Below, piece after piece: positions 54,688 through 64,000 of a DNA stretch of 64,000 bases. Made by a program: the position numbers and the translations under genes. Origin of the DNA: a virus; the IMG/VR virus record IMGVR_UViG_3300025645_000042, positions 1-64,000 of that record; one strand, written 5' to 3'. The number at the start of each line of letters is the position of its first letter. Within the stretch, counting starts at the first letter, position 1. The notes under the pieces are model-generated. The model was not told the DNA's origin and made no database searches. It worked only from the letters and a program-made list of their open reading frames with translations.

Positions 54688-56547
54688 ATGTTAACAGGTT
54701 CAGAAATATTACATGAATATACCGAGTGTTTATTAGACCCAGTATATGCAATTTGCACATATCTTAAAACTTTCGATAAAACACAAGAAGGTTTTGTGCA
54801 GTTTAAATTGTTTCCAAAACAAATACAAATCGTAGAAGCGTATAGAAAATATAGGTTTACTATGATTACAAAGCCGAGACAGGCTGGTGTATCCACAACT
54901 TCCGCTGCATATGCAGCAACCAAAGCAGTATTTGCTGACCCTAACAACCCAGAAGCTATTTTGATTGTTGCAAACAAACAGGAAATGGCGTTTGAATTCT
55001 TAGATAAAATTAAAGATTTCATTTCTCAATTTCCAAGATGGGTTTGGGGTGATGAATATTATGGTACGTCAGAAAAAGAAGGTAAGAGTATATATTCAGT
55101 TGAATCTAAAAAAGAAATAAAATTACCTAATGGTAGTAGAATTAAAGCGGTTGCAACATCTAAAGATGCGCTTAGGGGATTCACACCAACATGGTTAATA
55201 ATGGATGAAGCAGCCTTTATTGATGATGGTGCTATTGTATTTGGTGCCGCATTAACTGCTTTAGGTACTGGTGGTAGAGCTACATTAATTTCTACCCCAA
55301 ATGGTATGGATGCTTTATATCATAAAACATATGAACAATCTAAAAAGGGTAAAAATGATTTCCATATTATTGAGATGAAATGGTATCAAGACCCTAGATA
55401 TACAACCAATCAACAAACCAAAGTAAGAGACCTTATTTGGATTCATGAAGAGAATAATGATGATGTTATTGAAGAAATTAGATATATTAATTTCGGAGAT
55501 TCTGAAGAAAGTATATTGGAGGTTTATACCCATTACGAAAATATGGTGAATAAAGGTTATAAACCTAGTTCAAGTTGGTATAGAGAAATGTGTCGTGGTA
55601 TGAACAACGACAAAAAAATGATTGCTCAAGAACTTGATGTATCATTTATTGGTTCTGGTGGTAATGTAATTGACGATAAATACATTATTATGCAAGAAAG
55701 ACAAAATGTATCTGAACCATTATACACAGCTGGTGATAAAGACGAAATTTGGATTTGGGAAGAACCTATTGAAGGTCATGAATATATTTTATCGGCTGAC
55801 GTTGCTAGAGGTGATGGTGGAGATAATTCAACAATTGTTGTGATTGATTTCACAACTATGACACAAGTAATGGAATATGAAGGTCAATTACAACCCGATT
55901 TATTAGGTACATTGGTTGATGAATATGCTAGAATATATGACGCATTAGTAGTAGTTGATGTAACTGGTGGTTGGGGAGTTGGTACTATAACACAATGCCA
56001 GTACTTAGGTACACCAAATTTGTATTATGATGAAACATCAACAAAACCAATGGAAAGGGCAACAAATAAAGCACCTAAAGAAAGTAACATTGGTAAATAT
56101 CCTGGGTTTAATTGTACTGCGGGTAGGAGAGCACCAATAATTAGAAATTTAGAAAAGATGGTAAGGTTAAATGCAATTAAAATACGCTCTAAAAGGATGA
56201 CATCTGAGATGAGAACATTTGTATTTAAGAATGGAAAAGCTGACCACATGGAAGGGTATCACGATGATTTACTTATGCCATTGGCGTATGCTTTATGGGT
56301 TATGGAAACATCATTTAAAAAATTGAAAGAGGCTAAGGCTAAAACTAAAGCTATGTTGGCTGGATGGGTTAGAAATGATGGTAGAGTTGGAGTTACAGAT
56401 GACGATTTAAAGCGTAATGGATTTATATCTAAAGCTGATAGAAAAAAGAAAGTAACTGCTAAGAAACCAAACTTTAGTCCACAGGTATCTAAAAATATGC
56501 AAGACCCAAAAGGTAATTACATGTGGTTATTTAGCGGTACTAAATAA
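54688..56547 (+). CDS. terminase large subunit (T4 gp17-like)
   Basis: Walker A KPRQAGVSTT, Walker B LIMDEAAF, coupling ISTPNG, nuclease ADVARG.G.D.S and HDDLLM. Confidence 0.95.
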   Translation: MLTGSEILHEYTECLLDPVYAICTYLKTFDKTQEGFVQFKLFPKQIQIVEAYRKYRFTMITKPRQAGVSTTSAAYAATKAVFADPNNPEAILIVANKQEMAFEFLDKIKDFISQFPRWVWGDEYYGTSEKEGKSIYSVESKKEIKLPNGSRIKAVATSKDALRGFTPTWLIMDEAAFIDDGAIVFGAALTALGTGGRATLISTPNGMDALYHKTYEQSKKGKNDFHIIEMKWYQDPRYTTNQQTKVRDLIWIHEENNDDVIEEIRYINFGDSEESILEVYTHYENMVNKGYKPSSSWYREMCRGMNNDKKMIAQELDVSFIGSGGNVIDDKYIIMQERQNVSEPLYTAGDKDEIWIWEEPIEGHEYILSADVARGDGGDNSTIVVIDFTTMTQVMEYEGQLQPDLLGTLVDEYARIYDALVVVDVTGGWGVGTITQCQYLGTPNLYYDETSTKPMERATNKAPKESNIGKYPGFNCTAGRRAPIIRNLEKMVRLNAIKIRSKRMTSEMRTFVFKNGKADHMEGYHDDLLMPLAYALWVMETSFKKLKEAKAKTKAMLAGWVRNDGRVGVTDDDLKRNGFISKADRKKKVTAKKPNFSPQVSKNMQDPKGNYMWLFSGTK

Positions 56548-56602
56548 TAAAAATACATTGATTTATTTAAAAAATATAGTATAATTAATAAAAAGAATTA
56601 AG

Positions 56603-59600
56603 ATGGCAAAAAAACAAACAGTTTTCCAAAGATTAAGTAACACTTTTGGGAAAGAAGGTTTAAACCCAAATGTTGAAAAAAGGAGTAATAAATATTCTCT
56701 TGGTAACAGTAAAGAAATATTACGAACTCAATCTAAACAAGAGTTCGATGTAGCTAAACTACAAGCGCAACAAGATAAGTACTTAGCTGGTATGTGGTCT
56801 AGAGTTGATGGTGAGTTATATCAACAAGCTATTCATTATGAAACTACAAGAGTTGGTTCCTATTCAGATTTTGAAACAATGGAATTTTATCCAGAAATTG
56901 CTGCTACATTAGATGTATTTAGTGAAGAATCAACAACACCAAATGATAAAGGTGATGTTATTAACGTTTACTCTGGTAGTAAAAGGGTTAAAAGAATTCT
57001 TGAAGACTTATTCATAAATAGATTAGATATTCACACATCATTACAAATGTGGGCCAGAAATTTACCAATAAGGAAAGATAGTGTAATTCCATTATTAAAT
57101 GGGACTAATAAAACAATTATTGAGATTTCAAAGGAATTAAAAGAAACTCCAGATAAAGAAATCTGGACTTATTCAATTCAAGATGGAACTAAAAATATTT
57201 TACCAAGTAAAATTGTTTGGTGTGATTTGACTAGAAAAAATAGTGAGTTATATAGAATAACGTTAGATAATGGTACTCATATTGATACCACCCCAGACCA
57301 TGAATTTTTACTAAGAGATGGTTCATATTTACGTGCTGATAAATTAACTGAGGGTCTTAGTCTAATGCCATTCTATACTAAAATTAGTGAAAATGAACGT
57401 GTATCTGGTTATGAGAAAGTTTACAACCCAAATACAAACCACTATAAATTCACACATGGATTAATTGGTCGTGAAATGCATAGAGATTTGAAATATGAAA
57501 ATAGTGTTGATGAAAAGTTTGTTACCCATCACATAGATTTCAATAAATTCAATAACTCACCGTCTAATTTAGTTAGAATGAGTGTTAGTGAACATAATAA
57601 ATATCATGGTAGTTTAGCTGATTTTCACTTGAAGAGTCCTGAAGTCACTGAAAAAAGAATGATTGGTATTAATAAATGGCTTCGTTCTGATGAACGTAGA
57701 GAAATGTTATCTAATAAGATGAAGGGTACATACCCTGACCCATTTAAAAAATATAATTCAAGTTCTTTACATGAAACTCACAATGACATTAGAAGTGATG
57801 TTATGAAAAATTTATGGGGTGATGATGAATATAAATCTAACACATCAAAAAAAATGCGTTATAAATTGAGTGGTAAAGCTATCAACATGATAGAGGTACT
57901 TATTAAAGAGACTCCAAATTATATGTCATTAGATACTTTATGTGGTAAATTAAAGAATGAACCAAAATTCACCAAAGAATTCATTACATTTAATAAACAC
58001 ATTAAGCGTGATGCGATTAAAGGTATAAATAGGAGAACTATAAATGAACTTTTAAAAAGGACGTTTGAAATTGATTATTTAACTTTCGTTGAAGGTTTAA
58101 AGCCTAATATGGTAAATGATAACACTTATATTAGAGCTAAAAATATATCTGAAACTAAAAAAAATAAGACAATTCTTAATCATAAAGTAGTTAGTGTTGA
58201 ATTATTGAGTGAGGGTGATGATGTTTATTGTATGGAAGTGTTAGGACCAAATGGTGAAGGTGATAGACATAATTTCCCAGTTTGTACCAAAGATGATGAA
58301 GGTAATTTTAAACGTGATGGTGTTTTTGTATCCAACTGTAAATATGGTGATAATTTTGTACAATTAAATATTAGTTCTAAAGGTGGCGTTACTGGAGTTA
58401 GACAATTACCTAACTTTGAGATTGAAAGAAGAGAGAATGATATCAATGGAATTATTTCACCATCTCAATTAGAAGCTATTAATCAAGATGAAACTAGAAA
58501 TAAAACAGTATTCTACTGGAAAGGTAGAGATATTAGTTTTGAATCGTGGCAAATTGCTCACTTTAGACTTTTAGGTGATGATAGAAAATTACCTTACGGT
58601 ACTTCATTTTTAGAAAAAGCAAGACGTATTTGGAAGCAATTAATTTTAGCTGAAGATGCTATGCTTGTTTATCGTGTAACAAGAGCACCAGAAAGAAGAG
58701 TTTATAAGATATTTGTTGGTAATATTGATAATGAAGATGTTGGTGCATACGTGGATGACATAGCTAATAGATTTAAACGTACTCCACTTGTTGACCCACA
58801 AACAGGTCAAATGGATGTTAGATATAATCAATTAGGTATTGACCAAGATATTTTTATTCCAGTAAGAGATGAAAATGCACAAACACCTATTGATACTTTA
58901 CCAGGTGCGCAGAACTTAGACCAAATTGCTGATATTGAATATTTACAAAGAAAATTATTTACTGCGTTAAGAGTTCCTAAAGCTTTCTTAGGTTTTGAAG
59001 AACCTCAAGGTGAAGGTAAAAACCTTGCATTACAAGATATTAGATTCTCAAGAACAATAAATAGAATTCAACAGGCATTATTACATGAACTTAATAAGGT
59101 TGCTATTATTCACTTACACTTATTAGGATTCGCTGATGATTTAGATAATTTTACAATTACTTTAAACAATCCTTCAACACAAGCAGAAATGCTTAAAATT
59201 GAGCAGACAGCCGCTAAAGTTTCTTTATATAAAGATGCGGTTGCTGATGCTGGTAATGGATTTGGTTCTATGTCTATGACTAGAGCTAAAAGAGAAATTT
59301 TAGGTTGGAGTGATGATGAAATCAAACAAGATTTACTTGAACAAAGAATCGAGAAAGCAGCTGCTATGGAATTAGAAAATACTGCGAATGTTATTAAAAA
59401 TACTGGTATCTATGATAGAGTAGATAGAGTTTATGGTGATATGGATATGGCCAAAAAAGGCGGTCAAGTTCCTGAAGATGGTGAAGGTGGTGCCGCTGGA
59501 GGCGGTGGTGCTGGAGGCGGTGGAGGTTTCGGTGGAGGGTTTGATGATGCTGGTTTAGATTTAGAAGGTGACATTGAAGATGCTGAAGCTACTGAAGATA

Positions 59601-59893
59601 TAGGTGGTGACGAAGGTTTCGGTGGTGAAGATTTAGGTGGTGACGAAGGTTTCGGTGATGAAGAACCTACTGAAGAAAATAGACGTTTAAAAAATAAACC
59701 GTTATTAAAAGAAATTAAGAACGCATCAACTAAGGAGTATATGTCCATGTTAAATGGTAAAACAAGTAATGAAGAAAAACTTAGAACTGAAGCTACTAAA
59801 ATCTATGATAAATCAATAATGTTTAATAAAACCATGGATAATATGATAAATGAAATCGATGAAAAACTAGACTCTGATAATGAAACCAAATAA
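56603..59893 (+). CDS. portal protein (T4 gp20-like) interrupted by an intein
   Basis: MEFYPEIAA.LD..SEE, W.RN/CKYGDNF, HFRLLGD...LPYG.S.LEKARR.WKQL.L.EDAML.YR..RAPERR, ALQD.RF. Confidence 0.95.
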   Translation: MAKKQTVFQRLSNTFGKEGLNPNVEKRSNKYSLGNSKEILRTQSKQEFDVAKLQAQQDKYLAGMWSRVDGELYQQAIHYETTRVGSYSDFETMEFYPEIAATLDVFSEESTTPNDKGDVINVYSGSKRVKRILEDLFINRLDIHTSLQMWARNLPIRKDSVIPLLNGTNKTIIEISKELKETPDKEIWTYSIQDGTKNILPSKIVWCDLTRKNSELYRITLDNGTHIDTTPDHEFLLRDGSYLRADKLTEGLSLMPFYTKISENERVSGYEKVYNPNTNHYKFTHGLIGREMHRDLKYENSVDEKFVTHHIDFNKFNNSPSNLVRMSVSEHNKYHGSLADFHLKSPEVTEKRMIGINKWLRSDERREMLSNKMKGTYPDPFKKYNSSSLHETHNDIRSDVMKNLWGDDEYKSNTSKKMRYKLSGKAINMIEVLIKETPNYMSLDTLCGKLKNEPKFTKEFITFNKHIKRDAIKGINRRTINELLKRTFEIDYLTFVEGLKPNMVNDNTYIRAKNISETKKNKTILNHKVVSVELLSEGDDVYCMEVLGPNGEGDRHNFPVCTKDDEGNFKRDGVFVSNCKYGDNFVQLNISSKGGVTGVRQLPNFEIERRENDINGIISPSQLEAINQDETRNKTVFYWKGRDISFESWQIAHFRLLGDDRKLPYGTSFLEKARRIWKQLILAEDAMLVYRVTRAPERRVYKIFVGNIDNEDVGAYVDDIANRFKRTPLVDPQTGQMDVRYNQLGIDQDIFIPVRDENAQTPIDTLPGAQNLDQIADIEYLQRKLFTALRVPKAFLGFEEPQGEGKNLALQDIRFSRTINRIQQALLHELNKVAIIHLHLLGFADDLDNFTITLNNPSTQAEMLKIEQTAAKVSLYKDAVADAGNGFGSMSMTRAKREILGWSDDEIKQDLLEQRIEKAAAMELENTANVIKNTGIYDRVDRVYGDMDMAKKGGQVPEDGEGGAAGGGGAGGGGGFGGGFDDAGLDLEGDIEDAEATEDIGGDEGFGGEDLGGDEGFGDEEPTEENRRLKNKPLLKEIKNASTKEYMSMLNGKTSNEEKLRTEATKIYDKSIMFNKTMDNMINEIDEKLDSDNETK
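57065..58336 (+). mobile_element. intein (424 aa) with HNH endonuclease; atypical Pro1, block-F Cys, Ser-Asn C-terminus, Cys+1
   Basis: PIRKDSVIPLLNG aligns to block A CLxxDTxIPLLDG; TTPDH (block B); HHIDFNKFNNSPSNL (HNH); DVYCMEV...HNF (block F); VFVSN/C. Confidence 0.85.
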
Positions 59894-59942
59894 TAAACGG
59901 ATTTTATAATTAAAAAGACATATTTATTTAAAAACAAGAACA

Positions 59943-60713
59943 ATGCAAAATTTTGGACAAATACATGAAACTTTCAAGGACATTCTAGCGAATGGTATCG
60001 TAGAAGGAAATAATGAATATAAAAAAATATTCAAAACATATGCTAAAGCATTGAAAGAGAATTCTACTCTTAAAAAACAATTTCAAGTGTTTGATAAACT
60101 TGAGAACAAAGTTGTTGTTGAAAATGAAGGTGAAAAGCAAAGATTTTTGGTAGACGAATGTATATCAATGTTAGCGGGATTAAAAGTTAATGAAGCTAAT
60201 CAGAAATTAGTAAACTACCTTAATAAAAAAGGGTTTGAATTATTGGAAGATTACGATAATAAAGAATTATATGAACATATCCATAATTTAGCATTTACAA
60301 AAAAGACAGCAAAAAATATTGATTTAATTATTGAATCAAAATTATTTGTTACAAAACACTCTAAAGTAATTTCTGAATCAAAAGAAATAGTTGAGCCATA
60401 CATGAATAAATTTATGGGACCAGCAATGGTTGAGAAATTTAATTCTAAGTATATGGAGAAATTATCTGAAACAGAGCAAAAAGCTTTTAAGATTATTTCT
60501 AACGGTACTAATGAAGAAAAAGAAAATTTATATAAAGGCACGCTAATTGAGTGTATTGATTTAATTAACGGTAAATTAAATGAAGAATCAAATATAGATG
60601 AAAAGGACACATATTTAAGAGTTAAAGATAAATTGTTAAGGTATAATTTTTCTCCAGATAAATTTATATCAGAAATTAGCGAAATAGCATATTTAAAGGA
60701 TACATTAAAATAA
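59943..60713 (+). CDS. late hypothetical head-assembly-region protein
   Basis: TATTTAT motif at 59921; between portal and protease. Confidence 0.75.
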   Translation: MQNFGQIHETFKDILANGIVEGNNEYKKIFKTYAKALKENSTLKKQFQVFDKLENKVVVENEGEKQRFLVDECISMLAGLKVNEANQKLVNYLNKKGFELLEDYDNKELYEHIHNLAFTKKTAKNIDLIIESKLFVTKHSKVISESKEIVEPYMNKFMGPAMVEKFNSKYMEKLSETEQKAFKIISNGTNEEKENLYKGTLIECIDLINGKLNEESNIDEKDTYLRVKDKLLRYNFSPDKFISEISEIAYLKDTLK

Positions 60714-60714
60714 T

Positions 60715-61011
60715 ATGTTTAATTTTAATATATTACAAACATCACCAAGCTTAGTTGATTGGTTGGTACAGCAAGCACCAGTGGTAGTAGTGATGGGTGC
60801 TGCTATATATTGGTTATCTAAAAAATTAAACAAAGCCGAAGGTGATAAGGATGAAATGGCTAAGGATGTTATTAAACTAACAGCACTTTGGGAAGAAAAA
60901 AGTGATAAGTTAGATGTTAAGAATGAAAAAATGGATGAGCGAAACATCAAAGTTAATGAACAAATTCTTGAATTACTTCGGGAGATAAAATTAATTGTTA
61001 GTAGAAAATAA
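60715..61011 (+). CDS. single-TM coiled-coil protein (holin-like)
   Basis: APVVVVMGAAIYWL TM segment followed by a charged coiled coil. Confidence 0.4.
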   Translation: MFNFNILQTSPSLVDWLVQQAPVVVVMGAAIYWLSKKLNKAEGDKDEMAKDVIKLTALWEEKSDKLDVKNEKMDERNIKVNEQILELLREIKLIVSRK

Positions 61012-61511
61012 TGAAATCGATATTAGATAAATTTTTTCCTGAGAAAAATGAAAATTATAATAAAGCCAAAACTAGTTTAATGGAAATTAAAAAAAGATTT
61101 GATAGTTTTGTAATTTCATTTCCTGATGTTACACCAAATGAAATAATAATAATTAAAGAACAGTGGGAAAAATTACCACAGAAAATTTCAAAAGGTGTCG
61201 AAGTCATGGGAATAAAAGCTGTTAAAGAATATAAATCTCTTATTTTAGCTTACAAACCAAATTCTTATATTATGCCACACGTACATAATAATTTATATGA
61301 ATATGGGAAAATATTAAAAGGTTCCATTAAAGATAAGTTAACTGGTAAAATATATAAAACTGGTGAGACTTATAAGTTCAACCCTAATCAACCACATTAT
61401 TTAAACACCAACGGAAGTAGTTGTATGGTCTATTCTATATTGACCGAGGATTCGAATTTTAATATGAAACCTTTACCAAAAAAATTGAGAGAGACTCTAA
61501 ATCTGACGTAA
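61011..61511 (+). CDS. cupin-fold protein
   Basis: PHVH...EYG.ILKG and FNPNQPH metal-binding cupin motifs. Confidence 0.65.
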   Translation: MKSILDKFFPEKNENYNKAKTSLMEIKKRFDSFVISFPDVTPNEIIIIKEQWEKLPQKISKGVEVMGIKAVKEYKSLILAYKPNSYIMPHVHNNLYEYGKILKGSIKDKLTGKIYKTGETYKFNPNQPHYLNTNGSSCMVYSILTEDSNFNMKPLPKKLRETLNLT

Positions 61512-61605
61512 TTAGGACCTTTCAATAATTCTAAAAATTAAAATACCAGGGTTTACGATACTTACCAGGTCTTGACTTTTAATATATTTTATGTATATTT
61601 TATAC

Positions 61606-62076
61606 ATGGAAAAAATAAGAGGAACAGAATTTACAATAGATATTAATAATAATATTAATGTTATGTTTGGGTCAGTTGATAAGAACAACCCTAAAACCGT
61701 TTATATAAAATTTAGTGGTTGGGGGAATACTATCGACTTTGACGAAGATTTAGAATATAAAACAATAATTAGAAAAATTACTAAAGAAATTAAGAGGTAT
61801 ATTTATTTTAATATAAAACCAAATTTATTCAATAGAGAAATGACCATGGTAGATATGGATATGCGGGAATCTGGAATATCTTCAGAAAAATCTAGTTTTA
61901 TGAGTTGTGAAATCACTTTATTTCAAATGAATAACTTTCTATTGGATAGTGACATCTTAAAAGATGAAATGATAAGATTAATTAAACATGTGTGTGAAGA
62001 GATATTAAATAAAGATTTATATTTTAAATTTTATAAACATAAAAAACAAGCAAAAAAGAAATTACTAGAAGCCTAA
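61606..62076 (+). CDS. conserved hypothetical protein
   Basis: ORF; start corrected to MEKI. Confidence 0.7.
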   Translation: MEKIRGTEFTIDINNNINVMFGSVDKNNPKTVYIKFSGWGNTIDFDEDLEYKTIIRKITKEIKRYIYFNIKPNLFNREMTMVDMDMRESGISSEKSSFMSCEITLFQMNNFLLDSDILKDEMIRLIKHVCEEILNKDLYFKFYKHKKQAKKKLLEA

Positions 62077-62138
62077 ACAATTAAAAAGTTTAGGCTTTTT
62101 TGTTTGTTTGAGCATATTTATTGAGAAAGACGGTAAAT

Positions 62139-62831
62139 ATGACAAATGATTTTAAAGTAATTAGAGGCGGTAAGACTGGAACTGGGTTATTAATTGAAGG
62201 TGACGCTGGTTTCATTGAACCTAGAGACCTACGAAATAAACCGTTTATTAGTGAAGCTAACAAAATAGGTTCGGGTCCAGTTATGTTTGAACCTCTTGAA
62301 CTATTCGTAGTACTACAAAAATACGGCATAGAAAATAGAAACGGTAGAATATACCCAGAAGAAATTTTAAAAAGAGAAGCTAGAAGGTATCAAGAACTTA
62401 TTGATATGAGATTAGCCATAGGTGAGTCTGACCATCCTGAGAGTAGTGTTATTTCAAACAGTAGAGTTTCGCACGAGATTAAAAAAATCTGGTGGGAAGG
62501 TCAAACATTGGTTGGAACTATTGAAATAATAATGTCACCTGGTTTTGTTAATCAAGGGATAATTTCTTGCGAAGGAGACCAAATTGCAAACATGCTTAGA
62601 AAAGGAATTAGAGTTGGTGTTTCATCAAGAGGTGTTGGTTCATTAAATGAGGTTGGTGGAAAATTATTAGTTCAAGATGATTTTGAAATTATCTGTTGGG
62701 ATATTGTAACTTCACCAAGTACACCAGGTTCTTATATGTTTAATAATATAGCTGAAGCTCAGCCATTTATGGAATCTGTTGGTAAAAAAGATAACTTGTT
62801 AATTGATAAATTAAATAAGTTTTTACTGTAA
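62139..62831 (+). CDS. prohead core protease (T4 gp21-like)
   Basis: ENRNGRIYP, GESDHP, VGVSSRGVGS, DIVTSPSTPGS. Confidence 0.93.
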   Translation: MTNDFKVIRGGKTGTGLLIEGDAGFIEPRDLRNKPFISEANKIGSGPVMFEPLELFVVLQKYGIENRNGRIYPEEILKREARRYQELIDMRLAIGESDHPESSVISNSRVSHEIKKIWWEGQTLVGTIEIIMSPGFVNQGIISCEGDQIANMLRKGIRVGVSSRGVGSLNEVGGKLLVQDDFEIICWDIVTSPSTPGSYMFNNIAEAQPFMESVGKKDNLLIDKLNKFLL

Positions 62832-62966
62832 AAAACAAGGGTTAAAAATAAAAATCATAATTTTTTTTAATGAAATGGCGTATTTTGGTAAAATGAGACA
62901 TATTTATTAAGTAACTGTGCAACAGTAGTTGCATGATAATCTAAATTACAAAAATTTACAAAACAA

Positions 62967-64000
62967 ATGAAAGACGAAAAAAAGTCTGTAATAGAAGAAG
63001 CCTTAGCGGAATTTACTCTTATTCAAGAGAATTTAAATTCGAATACTAAAGAAATACTTCGTTCGGTAGCGAAAGAAGAAATTACCAGTACGCTAAAAGA
63101 GTCCTTATATGAGGATGATTATGATATCGAAGATATCGAAGACGTTGATGCAGAACCAGAAATGGGAGCTGATGTTGACGCATTACCAGTTGATGACGCA
63201 CCTGAAGCGGGACTAGAACCAGAAATGGGGATGGAACCAGAAGGTGGTTCTGAAGAACTTGGAATTGATGACATAGGTATGGACACTGCGGATGGAGACT
63301 TAGGTCTTGGAGCAGAAGAAGGTGGCGAAGACTACGGAATGGACATGACAGGAGCATCAGACGAGGAAGTTATCTCAGTTTATAAAAAATTAAGCGGAGA
63401 AGACGAAATAGAAGTTGTATCACCTAACGAAGTAATTATTAAAGACCCAAATTCAGGGGCAGAATACAATGTAAAAATGGGTGGTGGTAGTCTTATCGAC
63501 CAAGGTGAAATGTCAGCAGACGATTTAGGTTCAGAAATGGATTTAGGTATAGATGCAGAAATGGACGTTGAACCAGAGATAGGAGTAGAACCAGAAATGG
63601 ATACGGAAGTAGGTCCAGAAATGGATTCTGAAGAATCAGAAGAAGAAGTGCCAGCTCCAGCAATGGGTGGTGAAGAATCAGAAGAATCTGAAGGTGAATC
63701 TGAAGAAGAAGAAGAAGAAGAAATGGAAGAGTCTGTAGTTTATGAGATTGAATTATCGGAAGATGAGGCGATTGAAGAAGGAATTGAAAATGACCTTAAA
63801 ATAAACAAGGATAGTAAAATTGGTGCAACCGCTGACGGTAAGCCAAGAACAGCTACAAGTGACGTTACATCAAAAGGTGGTTCATTACCAACTGGAGATA
63901 TAGAAGGTCAAAACGCTCCAAACGATTCTGATTCAGGGGATAACCTTGATGGTGGTTTCACAGAAGACCACAATGGTAGCGGTGATGCACATGCACCACA
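62967..64000 (+). CDS. prohead scaffold/core protein (partial, runs off the window; not in the ORF track)
   Basis: ATG at 62967, MKDEKKSVIEEALAE..., highly acidic, directly after the protease. Confidence 0.8.
   Translation, partial: MKDEKKSVIEEALAEFTLIQENLNSNTKEILRSVAKEEITSTLKESLYEDDYDIEDIEDVDAEPEMGADVDALPVDDAPEAGLEPEMGMEPEGGSEELGIDDIGMDTADGDLGLGAEEGGEDYGMDMTGASDEEVISVYKKLSGEDEIEVVSPNEVIIKDPNSGAEYNVKMGGGSLIDQGEMSADDLGSEMDLGIDAEMDVEPEIGVEPEMDTEVGPEMDSEESEEEVPAPAMGGEESEESEGESEEEEEEEMEESVVYEIELSEDEAIEEGIENDLKINKDSKIGATADGKPRTATSDVTSKGGSLPTGDIEGQNAPNDSDSGDNLDGGFTEDHNGSGDAHAP

Larger units (their letters stand above)
34508..62907. promoter_or_regulatory. late-type promoter motif TATTTAT upstream of structural and late genes
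   Basis: At 34508, 38717, 49827, 50346, 54669, 59921, 62115, 62901 (+) and 44879 (-), mostly 5-25 nt before an ATG. Confidence 0.6.

Noticed and set aside
1-64000. Alternative genetic code (TAG or TGA recoding as in Lak or some crAss-like phages)
   Set aside because: Core genes (terminase, portal, ClpC, ThyA) are full length in code 11, and TAG serves as a normal stop in several genes.
1-64000. tRNA or rRNA genes
   Set aside because: No cloverleaf with T-loop GTTCRA and D-loop motifs was found by eye; tRNAscan-SE would confirm.

Overview
This is a very AT-rich segment of a large T4-like (jumbo) myophage. Its host is almost certainly in the Bacteroidota, because dozens of genes are driven by the TTTG-N19-21-TAnnTTTG host promoter consensus. 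The window has three zones. (1) About 1.2-27 kb is an early, host-takeover-like module: about 55 small genes in two convergent arms (+ to 11.3 kb, - from 26.3 kb), nearly all with their own terminator-promoter-leader cassette (about 45-50 by manual count). Among these cassettes are transcription units with no ORF. Six copies belong to a small two-hairpin RNA family with a variable 5' hairpin and the conserved 3' motif GAAGAGUAGACUCCAACCUAC, and there are two larger structured ncRNA candidates. An ArfA-like basic peptide missed by the ORF track is also here. The module is bounded by unusual non-coding sites: a palindromic operator triplet, A-tract palindromes, a shared GTCSGACCYGTGT motif and a G-quadruplex-forming C-run cluster. 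These may mark a long terminal repeat. (2) About 27-49.8 kb holds accessory genes: HNH endonucleases (one split by a CCC-UAG +1 frameshift), thioredoxin, a PcfJ-like/LRR protein, a YkuK RNase H-like protein, a tandem array of five MNIKIS-(GX)n glycine-rich peptide genes, a Mom-like DNA-modifying GNAT, an ART-DUF5661-GNAT polyvalent protein, ClpC, KTSC and thymidylate synthase. (3) About 49.8-64 kb holds late morphogenesis genes: a tail-tube-like protein, head proteins with a likely -1 frameshift fusion, the terminase large subunit, a portal carrying an atypical Pro1 intein with an HNH domain, the prohead protease and the start of the scaffold. All family assignments come from motif recognition by eye; no database searches were run.
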